From assembly GCA_020060775.1 (NCBI GenBank), contig JAGUZN010000211.1, positions 6,224-70,223 of the forward strand: a DNA stretch of 64,000 nt. The letters are read 5' to 3'. This DNA is from Armatimonadota bacterium. GTDB taxonomy: Bacteria; Armatimonadota; Hebobacteria; CAIYQO01. Below are positions 28,629 to 39,549 of the stretch, piece after piece; position 1 is the first letter of the stretch; the number at the start of each line of letters is the position of its first letter. The notes beneath the pieces are model-generated. The model made no database searches, had not been told where the DNA came from, and was given only the letters and a program-made list of their open reading frames with translations. A program made the position numbers and the translations under genes.

Positions 28629-30965
28629 TCAGGTGGCCGACAGTTGTCCATGTTGCACGACGAGCAGTTTCTCGATATCCGTGGCAGGGAGGGGCCGGCC
28701 CAACAGGAATCCCTGCACTTCCTCGCACTGGCGGTCGGCGAGGAACGATAACTGTTCTTCGGTCTCCACGCCTTCGGCGATGACGCGCAGGCGGAGATTG
28801 TGCGCAAGCGAGATAATGACATCCACGATTTCCGCGGCGTCGGCACTCTGCAGGCTATCGCGCACGAAGGAACGATCGACTTTCAAGGCATGGACGGGGA
28901 ACTTGCTCAAGTAGCCGAGCGAGGAGTAGCCGGTGCCGAAGTCATCGATGGAGATGAAAATGCCGCGCTCGTACAATTTATGCAGGATGGCCAGACAGTG
29001 CTCGACGCCGGTCATCGCGGTGCTTTCGGTGATCTCCAGCTCCAGATAACGGGGATCAAGCCCGATCTCCTGCAGCGATTCCAAAACCCGATCGACAAGG
29101 TTTGCCTCGTTGAACTGTCGCGCGGAGAGGTTGACCGCCATGCGGAGTTTTGGTAGACCGGCATCTTGCCAGCGTTTCAACTGCGTGCAGGCATTACGGA
29201 GCACCCACTCGCCGATGGGCACAATGAGGCCGGTCTCTTCGGCCAGTGGAATGAATTCACCGGGCGAGACCAGGCCATGGTCAGGCGTCTGCCAGCGCAC
29301 CAGCGCTTCCATCCCGGTCAGTGCTCGCGTATGCACATCGAAGCGCGGTTGATAGTGAATAACGAATTCTTCGCGTTCCAGGGCCCGCCGCAGCCGGTTT
29401 TCCAGTGTCAGGCGCTCAACCGCACGTTCGTTCATCATGGGGGTGAACATGCAGAAGGTATTGCGCCCCTGTTCCTTCGCCCGGTAGAGTGCCGTGTCGG
29501 CGTGACGGATGAGCGTATCGCTATCCTCGCCATCGCTCGGATAGACACTGATGCCGATGCTGGGCGTAACGAACAGTTCGTGGCCCTGGATATGGAAGGG
29601 CTGTGCGAAAACCTCCAACAGTTTCTCCGCCACTTTGGCGGCGTCTTCATCTTGCGTGACGGTGGGCAGCAGTACGAGAAACTCATCGCCGCCCATGCGC
29701 GCCACCGTGTCTTCGCCGCGAATCACGCCACTCAAGCGTGATGCCACCCCCTGGAGAAGCTGATCGCCGACGAAATGCCCCAGCGTATCGTTGATGGTTT
29801 TGAAGCGATCGAGATCCATGAACATGATAGCCAGGTGGTTGCCGTAGCGTCTGGCGTGGGCCAGCGCAGAATGTAGGCGATCATTGAGCAGGAAGCGATT
29901 CGGCAGGCCGGTCAGCGCATCGTGGTCAGCCTGATACTTTAACGCTTCTTCGCTACGCTTGAGATCAGAGATATCGTGGAACACGGCGATGAAATGCGTG
30001 GTATGCTCCTGCTCGTCGCGAATATTCGAGATGGTGAGCCACTGCGGGTACGCCTCACCGTTTTTCCGGCGGTTCCAGATTTCCCCCTGCCAGCGCCCCG
30101 CGGTGAGCAAGTCCTGCCACATCGCGCGGTAGAACTCTTCGTCATGTCGGTCGGACTTGAGAATGCGCGGGTTGTGTCCAATGGCTTCTTTGGCGGTATA
30201 GCCGGTGATCAGGGAGAAGGCCGGGTTCACATTCTCGATGAGGCCCTCGGGGTCGGTCACAATAACGCCTTCAATGGTGTTATTGATGACCTTCTCTGAC
30301 AGGCGCAAACGATCGACGGCCTGCACGTGTTCGGTAATATCATCAAGCACCACCATGGACTGCGCACCATCCGCCTCGCCGACCAGCGGCGAAAGCGTCA
30401 TCCGCACCCAGATCAGACGATCGTCACAAGGCTGCAGGCGAATCTCAAACTGGCATGCCGCCGTCATACCGGCGAGGGCTGTATCGAGCGGGCTGACAAT
30501 CTGTGCGAGATCGTCTGGATGAATAACCTCTTGAAGGCGCTTTGAGCGCAGTTGATCGGGTGTGCAGCCGAGCAGGAGCTGCATGGCGCTATTCGCCATG
30601 AGTAAATGGCCCTGGTTATCAAGCATCCCCATGCCCAAAGTGGTGGCTTCGAACAGCGTATCACAAGTGGTTTCGCTGCGCCGCAAGGCTGCCATGAGCC
30701 GGCGCACCATGGCTGAATGGCGCCGAAAATGGAAGTAGAGCACACCCAGCAGGAGCACCAGCCAGATGGAATCCAGCAGGAGGTGCTTGGCGGGAGATAA
30801 TGTGCGACCTGATGCTTGCAGCACTATCTGCACCGTCGCTTCGAGGACGAACACGCCTGCCACCATGATCAGGCTGGTGTAGATGAATTCTTGCCAGATG
30901 GCGCGCTGGTCGGCATGAGCTGTTGTGTGTTGATCGTTCACCGGCATTCCTTGGGAATAGTGCAT
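28629..30965 (-). CDS. Membrane-anchored PAS-GGDEF-EAL protein (diguanylate cyclase/phosphodiesterase).
   Basis: The GGDEF domain contains [11 protein letters not shown]; the EAL domain contains EALVRW...ELEITEST...[10 protein letters not shown]. The start is approximate (MHYSQGMPV). The track ORF begins at an upstream TTG. Confidence 0.9.
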   Translation of the reverse strand: MHYSQGMPVNDQHTTAHADQRAIWQEFIYTSLIMVAGVFVLEATVQIVLQASGRTLSPAKHLLLDSIWLVLLLGVLYFHFRRHSAMVRRLMAALRRSETTCDTLFEATTLGMGMLDNQGHLLMANSAMQLLLGCTPDQLRSKRLQEVIHPDDLAQIVSPLDTALAGMTAACQFEIRLQPCDDRLIWVRMTLSPLVGEADGAQSMVVLDDITEHVQAVDRLRLSEKVINNTIEGVIVTDPEGLIENVNPAFSLITGYTAKEAIGHNPRILKSDRHDEEFYRAMWQDLLTAGRWQGEIWNRRKNGEAYPQWLTISNIRDEQEHTTHFIAVFHDISDLKRSEEALKYQADHDALTGLPNRFLLNDRLHSALAHARRYGNHLAIMFMDLDRFKTINDTLGHFVGDQLLQGVASRLSGVIRGEDTVARMGGDEFLVLLPTVTQDEDAAKVAEKLLEVFAQPFHIQGHELFVTPSIGISVYPSDGEDSDTLIRHADTALYRAKEQGRNTFCMFTPMMNERAVERLTLENRLRRALEREEFVIHYQPRFDVHTRALTGMEALVRWQTPDHGLVSPGEFIPLAEETGLIVPIGEWVLRNACTQLKRWQDAGLPKLRMAVNLSARQFNEANLVDRVLESLQEIGLDPRYLELEITESTAMTGVEHCLAILHKLYERGIFISIDDFGTGYSSLGYLSKFPVHALKVDRSFVRDSLQSADAAEIVDVIISLAHNLRLRVIAEGVETEEQLSFLADRQCEEVQGFLLGRPLPATDIEKLLVVQHGQLSAT

Positions 30966-31407
30966 GATGCCGACATGTCGGCTCTCCGACCGGCATCGAG
31001 TCGCGGGAGACAAGCGCTGTCGTCATCCCCCATTCGCCCTATTGTTCCATATATTAGCGCAAACCGCACGATACCCCCTATTGATTCGAAGGTGAGCAGT
31101 GCTTCTCCTACGTCACGATGCCATCGCATCCTATTCACGCCCCTTTAACCAATGCTTCATCATTTCACGGATGGTACAGTAGGACTTTATTGATGTTGTA
31201 TGGAAATAGAATGCCAGGAGATGGGCATGGCCTTTGATACCGCACTGTTCAGCGTACCCGCCCCTGTGCCGAACCCCCGTGCATATCAACCTGCACGTCT
31301 CGCTTGTACTCCGATGATGCCAATCCTGCCGGGTGCAGGTGTTGACTCGGATATTGGCTGATTCGCGCTGTCATGGAATGACCGTGTGTAAGTAGTCCGA
31401 TCATGCT

Positions 31408-34296
31408 ATGACATTATTGCCGTACAGTCCCGCATGCCGTGGCTGGTGGTTCGCCTCGTTATGCGTAGCCAGCCTTTATCTTGTGATCGCCGAATTGACC
31501 CTCCGCGTATTCGCGCCGGGTGACGGCATCCCCCTGATCTGGTTGCCTGCAGGCATCGCCTTTGCGGCGATGCTGGCGTGCGGCTGGCGTACATTGGCCG
31601 GTGTACTCCTCGGTGCGTTCATAAATCCCATGCTGCACGGCGCATCGGTGATGACCTGTCTCACCGAGAGCCTGGCGCTCACGGTAGCTGTTACGGCAGG
31701 AGCCCTGCTCGCACGACGGGTGCTCTTCCCCCAGCGTATCGACTTTCGTGTGTCATCCATCCTGGGGATCATGGTGATCGCCCTGCTGATCAGCGCGTTC
31801 ATCGATGCCCCGCTCAATCTCTGCACTGTCGGGTTCTTCGGGACGGTGGACACTGCGCAGTTGATGCAGTTCTGGCAGTTTCACACGTTGCGTGATACGG
31901 TTGGTATCATGGTGGCGGCACCGGCCGTCCTCGCCTGGCTGCAGTTCCCCTGTCCGCACTGGTCTCCGGCAAAAGCGGTCGAGGTGACTGCCATCATCAT
32001 ACTGCTCATCCTGTTCGGCGTCGCCCTTCATGACTGGACAGCCACGATCTCGTTGAAGCTGCTCTTACTGGCATACGGTTATTACCCATTGTTAATGTGG
32101 ACCGCACTGCGTTTTAGCATACGCGGCGCCGCTACGCTGTTGATGACGTGCGTGCTGCTCACCCTGTGGACACTCGACAATATCCTGGGATCGGCATCCG
32201 ATCCCACGCTGATGGACAATGCCTTCGAGATGCAAATCTTCCTGGCGCTGGCCACGCTGGGCACGCTGCCCCTGTCGGCAGCCATGACCGAGCGTAACCA
32301 CTCACAAGCGCAACTCCAGCAGGCGCACGATGCGTTGGAGCAGCGCGTGGCGAACCGAACGGCCGAACTGGTGGAAGCAAATCAGCAATTATCCCGGGAG
32401 ATTGTTGAACGCACCCGAGTGGAGGAGAACTTATACCGGGTGCAGCATGAGCGGGAAGTGGCGCTGGCCGGGCTCCGTGACGTGATCATCCAGTATCTCG
32501 ACACGCAGTTGCGCGTGGTATGGACCAATTACGGTGACCCCGCGGCACGACGGGACGGAGTACATTGTTACGAGATGCTGTGGCAGCGCCAGGAGCCCTG
32601 CCCGGATTGCCAGGTGCAGTTGGCTTTTTCCACGGAGCAAAATCAGGAGAAGGAAGCGACTCACCAAGACAAGTATTTTCTATCGCGTTGCGTCCTCGTG
32701 CGCGATGACCACGATCAAATCACGGGTGCAATCGTCATCGGCGTTGATATCACCCGGCAGAAACGCACCGAGGCGGCCTTGCAGGCCTCCATGACGGAAC
32801 TCTCGACGCTGTTCCAGGCATTGAGCGAACTCGTGCTTGTGGTCGATGCCGAGGGCACGATACTCCAGGTGCCGCAGACAGGATACCAGTTTTCCCTGAT
32901 CACCCCAAACGCGTTACTCGGGAAGAAAGTCTCTCATATTTTTCCCGAGTTGAGTGCCGAGTGGGCGCACGAAGTTGCACAGTCAGTGCGGAACACGGGG
33001 AAGGCTGCGTCATACGAGCTCCCTATCAGCATGCATGGAGTCACGCGTTGGTTTTCGACCAATATCGCCCCGCTTCCTGATGACCGTTTCCTGGTAGTGG
33101 CGCGCGATATCACCCAACGCAAAGAGGCCGAGGAAGCATTGCGGGTGAGCGAGGAGCGCTACGCGATGGTGATGCATGGCGCCGGTGTCGGCATCTGGGA
33201 TATCGACATGCGCACCAACGATGTGTATCTCTCTCCCCGCTGGGATGCCATTGTCGGCTACGCTAGGGGCGAGTCTCCCCGTACCGTATCGGCATGGAAA
33301 GCACTTGTGCATCCTGATGATGTCGACCGCGTGCAGACGGAACTGCTCGCTGTCAATAGCGGAAAAACAACCTCTCTCGATATTGAGTACCGCATTCGCC
33401 ATCGCGACGGCGCCTATCGTTGGGTGCAGTCGCAGGGTATCGCCGTATACGACGATGATGGCCAGCCATATCGCATGGCCGGTTCGCTCATCGATATCAC
33501 CGAGCGAAAAGCGGCTGAAGCGCAGATCGCCCAATACCAACAGCAACTGCGCAGGCTCGCCGCCGAACTGGTTATGGCCGAGGAGCAGGAACGACGGAGA
33601 ATCGCGCAGGGATTGCATGATGATATTGGACAGGTGCTCGCCCTGGCACAACTTCAACTCGGCGCGCTGCAACGTCACGTGGAGTCTCCCGATGCTGCGG
33701 AGGTGCTCGCCAGCGTGCACCAGTTAGTCAAGGACGTCTTACAGACCACGCGCATGCTCACCTTTGATCTTAGTCCACCTGTACTGTACGAACTGGGGTT
33801 GGAGGCCGGACTGGAGTGGCTGCTCCACCACCTGCGCGGACGGCATGGACTCCTCACCGGTCTTCGCGTAGTAGGCGCACTCCCGCCGTTGTCGGAGGAG
33901 ATGAATGTGCTAACATTCCAGGCAGTGCGTGAACTCGTCATGAATGTGGTGAGGCATGCCCATGCCCGCTCTGCACAAGTGGTGTTGCGCCCGGAGCGCA
34001 ACGGCATTCACATCACCGTCGACGACGATGGCGAGGGGTTTGATGTGGCGCGACTCCAGGCACACACAGCGGATTCGCGGCACTTCGGGTTGTTCAGTAT
34101 CCGTGAACGCCTGCGGCATATTGGCGGGTATCTGCTGATCGACTCGCGCCCGGGGGCTGGGGCGCGGATCACGCTCTATATTCCCGGCATCAACGGCGAG
34201 AGTGAGGTAGAACAGCCCGATCTGTATGATTGTTCGGCTTCACCCATTGTTGCTGGACCAGGCGGTAGCATCCAGGATATCAGGTATAATTCATGA
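31408..34296 (+). CDS. Sensor histidine kinase (962 aa): an N-terminal multi-TM MASE1-like domain, PAS repeats, HisKA_3 and HATPase.
   Basis: The H-box is ERRRIAQGLHDDIGQ and the ATPase core is VMNVVRHAHA...VDDDGEGF. The kinase core is paralogous to 10914-12101. Confidence 0.88.
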   Translation: MTLLPYSPACRGWWFASLCVASLYLVIAELTLRVFAPGDGIPLIWLPAGIAFAAMLACGWRTLAGVLLGAFINPMLHGASVMTCLTESLALTVAVTAGALLARRVLFPQRIDFRVSSILGIMVIALLISAFIDAPLNLCTVGFFGTVDTAQLMQFWQFHTLRDTVGIMVAAPAVLAWLQFPCPHWSPAKAVEVTAIIILLILFGVALHDWTATISLKLLLLAYGYYPLLMWTALRFSIRGAATLLMTCVLLTLWTLDNILGSASDPTLMDNAFEMQIFLALATLGTLPLSAAMTERNHSQAQLQQAHDALEQRVANRTAELVEANQQLSREIVERTRVEENLYRVQHEREVALAGLRDVIIQYLDTQLRVVWTNYGDPAARRDGVHCYEMLWQRQEPCPDCQVQLAFSTEQNQEKEATHQDKYFLSRCVLVRDDHDQITGAIVIGVDITRQKRTEAALQASMTELSTLFQALSELVLVVDAEGTILQVPQTGYQFSLITPNALLGKKVSHIFPELSAEWAHEVAQSVRNTGKAASYELPISMHGVTRWFSTNIAPLPDDRFLVVARDITQRKEAEEALRVSEERYAMVMHGAGVGIWDIDMRTNDVYLSPRWDAIVGYARGESPRTVSAWKALVHPDDVDRVQTELLAVNSGKTTSLDIEYRIRHRDGAYRWVQSQGIAVYDDDGQPYRMAGSLIDITERKAAEAQIAQYQQQLRRLAAELVMAEEQERRRIAQGLHDDIGQVLALAQLQLGALQRHVESPDAAEVLASVHQLVKDVLQTTRMLTFDLSPPVLYELGLEAGLEWLLHHLRGRHGLLTGLRVVGALPPLSEEMNVLTFQAVRELVMNVVRHAHARSAQVVLRPERNGIHITVDDDGEGFDVARLQAHTADSRHFGLFSIRERLRHIGGYLLIDSRPGAGARITLYIPGINGESEVEQPDLYDCSASPIVAGPGGSIQDIRYNS

Positions 34297-34955
34297 GTAT
34301 CACGATTGTTATTGTTGATGACCATAAAATCCTGCGTGAAGGTCTACGCACGCTGCTCGATCAGGCGCCGGGCATTCGTGTGGTCGGTGAGGCGAGTGAT
34401 GGCCGGACTGCCGTGCGACTGGTGCGGGAGTTGGCGCCGGATGTCGTGGTGATGGATATCGGCATGCCGGAACTGAATGGCATTGAGGCGACCCGCCAGA
34501 TTGTGCGCGAAATGCCGTTGATCAAAGTTATTGGCCTGACCATGCACACGGACCGACGCTATGTTCTGGCCATGTTTAAAGCGGGAGCCTCCAGTTTCGT
34601 GCCTAAACACGCGGCGTTTGATGAGCTCGCCAGAGCCATCACCGTCACGGCAGCCGGCAAGGCGTACATCAGCCCTGAGATTGCCGACATCATGCTCCAG
34701 GAGTACCTCACAAATGTCCCGAACGCCTCTCCGTATAGTTGCACAGCATTAACGTCGCGTGAGCGTGAAGTGCTGCAACTGCTCGCGGAAGGGCACACGA
34801 CCAAGGAGATTGCCGAGTCGCTCTGCATCAGTGCATCTACCACCGAGACCTACCGCCGGCAAATCATGGAGAAGTTGAACCTGCACAACATCGCCCAACT
34901 CACACGCTATGCCATTCAGGAAGGACTGGTGCCGTTGGAGCGGTACGTTGAGTAA
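34293..34955 (+). CDS. NarL/LuxR-family response regulator (copy 2).
   Basis: MSITIVIVDDHKILREGL...MDIGMPELNGIEATRQIV...LTSREREVLQLLAEGHTTKEIAESL. It overlaps the kinase stop by 4 bp (ATGA), consistent with translational coupling. Confidence 0.9.
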   Translation: MSITIVIVDDHKILREGLRTLLDQAPGIRVVGEASDGRTAVRLVRELAPDVVVMDIGMPELNGIEATRQIVREMPLIKVIGLTMHTDRRYVLAMFKAGASSFVPKHAAFDELARAITVTAAGKAYISPEIADIMLQEYLTNVPNASPYSCTALTSREREVLQLLAEGHTTKEIAESLCISASTTETYRRQIMEKLNLHNIAQLTRYAIQEGLVPLERYVE

Positions 34956-35085
34956 GCCTACGATACCCCTTCTCCCCCGCATGCGTACCCGGATTTATGG
35001 TTAAAATCCCCCGGTTTTTTCCGACAAATCCCCTGGTTATCCACCATAAACTCGCCACATCGCCGATCCGATATCCTCATATGAC

Positions 35086-35118
35086 AACGCGCCCCCGCAC
35101 GGCGCGCGGGGGCGCTCC
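35086..35118 (+). terminator. GC hairpin GCGCCCCCGC-acggcgc-GCGGGGGCGC downstream of the HK-RR pair. It has no U-tract.
   Basis: A perfect 10-bp inverted repeat lies 130 bp after the RR stop and 100 bp before the MCP2 start. Confidence 0.4.
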
Positions 35119-35216
35119 TGTGTCCACACGGTCGCGCCGCAACACACTACGACTGCGACGGCAAGATAGGTCCATAGGCTGCCGTCATCACGAGGTACGC
35201 GAAAAGGGGGAATGAC

Positions 35217-37337
35217 ATGACCTGGTTTTATCACATGAAAATCGGCACCAAACTCACGCTGGCCTTCCTCATCCTGGCCATCGTCGCCGTCATTGTCGGC
35301 CTGGTCGGGGCTACCAATATGCGGCATATCGATGAGGAGTATTCCGCAGTATACCAGACCAATATCGAACCGCTCGCACTCATCGGAGACTCACGCACGC
35401 TGAATCAGCGGAAACGCGTAAACATCCGTGACATTGTCCTCTTCGCGAAAGACCCGAAGATAGTGGCTGAGTCTCGGAAGCGACTTGTGGAAATCAATGA
35501 TCAGCTCAATAACAATATCGAGGCGTACGCACCGATCATCGTCACGGAGAAAGAACAACGCACATATGATGAATACGTACAGTTGCACAAAGAGTATCTG
35601 GCACACGAGGAGACATTCAACGCATTAATTGATCAGGGCAATGTTGAAAGAGCTTTGTCCGTTCTGCAAGGAGAGTGGCGGAACGTCGCACAAGAGCTGG
35701 AAAAGCGGCTTGATGACCTGGCCAAAGACAATCTCGAACAAGCGAAAGCTACCTCCGAGCAGAATTCTCGACAGGCGCAGGGCGCCATTGCCCTGACCTA
35801 TACTGTGCTGGTCATCGCATTGCTGCTCACCATCGGGTTGGCGATCCTCTTTATCCGCAATATCAACAGCATCATCCGGAGCCTGGTGGTCGAGGCGGAA
35901 CACCTGGCGCACTCAGCGGTCGCCGGGCAGCTAGCGGTGCGCGGGAATGCCGAGAAGATCGTGCCGGAGTTCCGCGGTATCGTGCAAGGCTTCAATACTG
36001 CGCTCGACGCCTTGCTGGAGCCAGTAAATGAAGCGGCGGCCGCGCTCGAACGCATGGCGCACAACGACCTGACAGTGCGTGTGACCGGCAACTATCAGGG
36101 CGACCATGCGAAGATCAAGGACCACCTCAACCGGGCATGCGAGTCGCTGGAGACGACGATCATCGCCATCCTGGATATCACCCAGCAAGTGGAGGAGTCA
36201 TCACGCCAGGTGGCGGACGCCGCCGAGAATGTGGGCAAGGCCAGTCAGGACGTTGCTAATGGCGCACAACAGGTCGCCGAAGGCTCCACCGAACAGACCA
36301 AGTCCTCCTCAGATGCTGCAGAAAACATGCTGCAGTTGCATCGCGCCATCGACGAAGTGGCCCGCGGCGTGCAGATCAGCGCGAATGGCGCGGAAGCCTC
36401 CGCCTCGGCAGCGCAGACGGCGGTGGACGCCATTCGGCAAATCGTGAGTGCGGCGCAAAGCGCCGGGGAGAATGCGCAGAACGCCGGCCAGGTCGCAAAA
36501 AGCGGTGCCGTGATCGTACAGGAAACCGTGAATGGCATGAACCGCGTACAGGCCTCCTCGACGCTCTCCTCACAAAAGGTGAACGCACTGGGCGATGCAA
36601 GCCAGAAGATCGGAGAAATTGTGGAGGCGATTAACGATATCGCCGAACAGACGAATTTGCTGGCATTGAACGCTGCCATCGAGGCGGCCCGCGCCGGCGA
36701 ACACGGCAAAGGCTTTGCGGTGGTGGCTGATGAGGTGCGCAAGCTAGCCGAGCGCTCATCTGGCCAAACGAAAGAGATCGCCACGCTCATTCGCGGCATT
36801 CAGGATGGCATCAGCGATGCGGTGAATGCCATCACGCAAGGCGCACAAGAAATCGATGCCGGCGTCTCCAAGGCCAACGAGGCGGGCACGGCGTTGAATG
36901 AAATCCTTGCTGCTGTCGATACAGTGGCCGACCAGGTAAAATCCATGGCGAAGACCGCGCAGCATGTTGAGCGCAACGCGGAAGAGGTCTTGCGCGCGGC
37001 AGAGAATGTCTCCAGTGCCAGCGAACAGGCGAATGCCGCTACCGAAGAGATGGCAGCCTCGAGCAGCGAAGTCTCGCGTGCGGTCGAGCACGTGGTGACG
37101 ATCATCGAGCAGTCATCGGCCGTGGCCGAAGAATTGTCAGCGTCCGCAGAAGAGCAGAACGCGTCAGTCGAAGAGATGACCGCGTCATCAGAGGAACTGT
37201 CTAAGTTGGCACAGAGCGCCAATGAATTGCTCGCACAGTTCACTGTGAACGGTAAAGTCGGGTCTGGCTCACACCGCACCCTCCCCATTTCCGGCGGCAA
37301 CGGCAAGCATGCGTCACGCATGCCGGTCGGGGTATAG
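35217..37337 (+). CDS. Methyl-accepting chemotaxis protein (copy 2), with the same architecture as 5831-7945.
   Basis: The signalling domain is nearly identical ([40 protein letters not shown]). The sensor domain has diverged. Confidence 0.9.
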   Translation: MTWFYHMKIGTKLTLAFLILAIVAVIVGLVGATNMRHIDEEYSAVYQTNIEPLALIGDSRTLNQRKRVNIRDIVLFAKDPKIVAESRKRLVEINDQLNNNIEAYAPIIVTEKEQRTYDEYVQLHKEYLAHEETFNALIDQGNVERALSVLQGEWRNVAQELEKRLDDLAKDNLEQAKATSEQNSRQAQGAIALTYTVLVIALLLTIGLAILFIRNINSIIRSLVVEAEHLAHSAVAGQLAVRGNAEKIVPEFRGIVQGFNTALDALLEPVNEAAAALERMAHNDLTVRVTGNYQGDHAKIKDHLNRACESLETTIIAILDITQQVEESSRQVADAAENVGKASQDVANGAQQVAEGSTEQTKSSSDAAENMLQLHRAIDEVARGVQISANGAEASASAAQTAVDAIRQIVSAAQSAGENAQNAGQVAKSGAVIVQETVNGMNRVQASSTLSSQKVNALGDASQKIGEIVEAINDIAEQTNLLALNAAIEAARAGEHGKGFAVVADEVRKLAERSSGQTKEIATLIRGIQDGISDAVNAITQGAQEIDAGVSKANEAGTALNEILAAVDTVADQVKSMAKTAQHVERNAEEVLRAAENVSSASEQANAATEEMAASSSEVSRAVEHVVTIIEQSSAVAEELSASAEEQNASVEEMTASSEELSKLAQSANELLAQFTVNGKVGSGSHRTLPISGGNGKHASRMPVGV

Positions 37338-37376
37338 CGTGTTCATGCCTCGCCTGTGTCTGGAAAGGAGTCAACA

Positions 37377-37898
37377 ATGAACAGTATGCCGCTCGCACAA
37401 ACGACTGCTGATCACGAAGAACAACTTGTGATCTTCACGCTGGGCGCCGAATCATACGGCGTCAGCATTGAGGCGGTGAACACGATCATCCGCTTTCCGA
37501 CGATCACGCGCGTCCCGAATAGCGCGATGGCGATCCTGGGCGTGATCAATCTTCGCGGACGCATTATTCCCGTGGTAGACTTGCGTACACGCTTCGGCCT
37601 GCAGGCGACCGAAGCCAGCAAGGCAACCCGCGTGGTGGTGGTCGAACATCAGGACCTGTTAGTAGGTCTGCTGGTCGATGCCGTCACCGAAACCCTCCGC
37701 CTGTCCACCAGTGCCATCGAACCACTCTCGAGCCTCGTGGTATCGGTGGATGCCCGCTACCTGAGGGGCGTGGGAAAGGTGAAGGATCGTCTCATTATCC
37801 TGCTTGATCTTTGTGCGATCCTCAAACCTGACGAGATTGCCGAACTCGTTAGCCTGACCCACAGTACCCCTAACACCTTCACGCAGACCGACGAGTAG
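37377..37898 (+). CDS. cheW: CheW (copy 2).
   Basis: EEQLVIFTLGAESYGVSIEAVNTIIRFP...VINLRGRIIPVVDLR. AAGGAG lies 7 nt before the ATG at 37377. Confidence 0.88.
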   Translation: MNSMPLAQTTADHEEQLVIFTLGAESYGVSIEAVNTIIRFPTITRVPNSAMAILGVINLRGRIIPVVDLRTRFGLQATEASKATRVVVVEHQDLLVGLLVDAVTETLRLSTSAIEPLSSLVVSVDARYLRGVGKVKDRLIILLDLCAILKPDEIAELVSLTHSTPNTFTQTDE

Positions 37899-37910
37899 GC
37901 AGGATGCCCA

Positions 37911-37947
37911 CCACCCCGCCCGTATCAAGGAGCGATACGGGCGGGGT
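37911..37947. terminator. Bidirectional hairpin CCCCGCCCGTATC-aaggagcg-GATACGGGCGGGG between the convergent cheW2 and rlmD genes.
   Basis: A perfect 13-bp inverted repeat. Confidence 0.5.
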
Positions 37948-37971
37948 GATAACTTGTATCGGGCACAATCG

Positions 37972-39318
37972 CTATTCCTCCCGCACGGCGAGAGCAATCG
38001 TTTCCACGTGCCAGGTTTGCGGGAACATGTCCACCGGCTGCACGGTCTCCAGGCGGTAGCCCAGTGCGGCGAGGTCGCCGGCATCGCGCGCGAAGGTGGC
38101 GGGGTCACAGGAGACGAGCACGACGCGCTCCACCCCGAGGCCGCGCAGGCCTTCCAGCACCACGCGCCCCGCCCCTTTGCGCGGGGGGTCGAGCACGACC
38201 ACATCGGCATGCCGTCCCTTGCGCAGCAGGCGGGTGACCATCACCTCGACACGGGCTTCGTAAAGTTTCACATCATGGATGGCGTAGTGCGCCAGGTTGC
38301 GTGCGGCATCCTTCAGGGCAACGGGGTGTTCCTCAATGCCGAAGGCGCGCAACGCCTGGACAGCACAAGGGATGAGGAAGGTACCGACGCCGCAGTAGGC
38401 ATCGGCGAAGATCGCCTCCCGCAGATTGCCGGCAAAACGTACGGCGAGTTCCACCAGCCGCTCGGCCTGCTCTGAATTCACCTGGAAGAACGACTCGGCA
38501 GAGACGTGGTACTGCCATTTCCCGAGGTGCTGGGTGAGTGCGCTGACGCCGTCTAGCAGTTCGGCGAGTGTGCGGCGCACCACCGAGCGCCCCCGTACGC
38601 GAGACCAGAGCACGCCGGCCAGCGCGGGTAGGCGCTCGCGCAGTACGCGCGCCACCTCGGGCAGACGCTCATGCCATTCCCAGCAGACGAGAATGGCCAG
38701 CGCGGCGCCCTCGCTGGGGCTGATGCGCGTGATGAGCTGCGCCAGCGGCAGGTCATACTGGGTGGCCAGTTCTTCCACCGCGTGTAAAATTTCCAGGCTC
38801 AACGGGTGTTGCAGCGGGCAGTCTTCCAGTGCGGTAAAGATCGTGCCGTCCTCGCCGTGATACCCGAGTCGAATGCCGTCATCCTGGCGTTGGGCGATGA
38901 ACTCGCCTTTGTTGCGGTAGCGCCAGGGCTCGGCCATGCCGATGGTGGGCAGCACCTCGACATGGCTCAAGCGGCCGATATGCTGCAGGTTATCGCGCAC
39001 AAACATCGCCTTGGCCTGCAGTTGCGCCTCGTAGCGCAGATGCTGGAGCTGGCAGCCCGGACACCCGGTGGCCAACGGGCATGGCGTCGGCACTCGATCG
39101 GGGCCGGGGGTGATCAGCCGCACGATGCGCGCGCGGGCATAATGCTTGGCCACGCGTACGACCTCGACCTCGACGACATCACCCGGAGCGGCATAGGGGA
39201 TGAACACAGTGAATCCTGACGCGCGCGCCACCCCATCGCCGCCGCTCGCCAGTGTTTCCACCGTCACAGTGTATTGTTCGCCCACCTGTAGTGGGCCATC
39301 GGTTGGTGTTGCTTGCAT
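37972..39318 (-). CDS. rlmD: 23S rRNA (uracil-C5)-methyltransferase, RlmD/RumA type (TRAM domain, Fe-S Cys cluster, SAM-dependent MTase).
   Basis: The TRAM N-terminus is followed by CPLATGCPGCQLQH and a methyltransferase core (AYCGVGTF..., LVSCDPATFARD). The start is chosen at MQATPTDGP (39318). Confidence 0.85.
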   Translation of the reverse strand: MQATPTDGPLQVGEQYTVTVETLASGGDGVARASGFTVFIPYAAPGDVVEVEVVRVAKHYARARIVRLITPGPDRVPTPCPLATGCPGCQLQHLRYEAQLQAKAMFVRDNLQHIGRLSHVEVLPTIGMAEPWRYRNKGEFIAQRQDDGIRLGYHGEDGTIFTALEDCPLQHPLSLEILHAVEELATQYDLPLAQLITRISPSEGAALAILVCWEWHERLPEVARVLRERLPALAGVLWSRVRGRSVVRRTLAELLDGVSALTQHLGKWQYHVSAESFFQVNSEQAERLVELAVRFAGNLREAIFADAYCGVGTFLIPCAVQALRAFGIEEHPVALKDAARNLAHYAIHDVKLYEARVEVMVTRLLRKGRHADVVVLDPPRKGAGRVVLEGLRGLGVERVVLVSCDPATFARDAGDLAALGYRLETVQPVDMFPQTWHVETIALAVREE

Positions 39319-39549
39319 TGTGCTTCCCTGAATTCGCGTTCCGGGCTCGTTTCCCTGCCCGTAGCAACCGCGAGCATGCAAAAATGGGCGTATTCGTCGT
39401 AAATTCATGCCACTGCCTCATCAAACATGCGCAGACGCGAATCGCCATGGGAGCGGGGATGTCAGGCGGGGCGTGCAAAAGATGCGAAAATCGGGTAGGA
39501 TATGTTCGCGTAAATCTCGTCATGCACACGTCCGGGGGCGCGTTTCACT

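Noticed and set aside
5236-37898. The duplicated signalling modules as a mobile element or recent repeat.
   Set aside because: The copies are diverged paralogues, roughly 60-75 percent at protein level, and their sensor domains differ. There is no transposase, integrase, terminal inverted repeat or target-site duplication.
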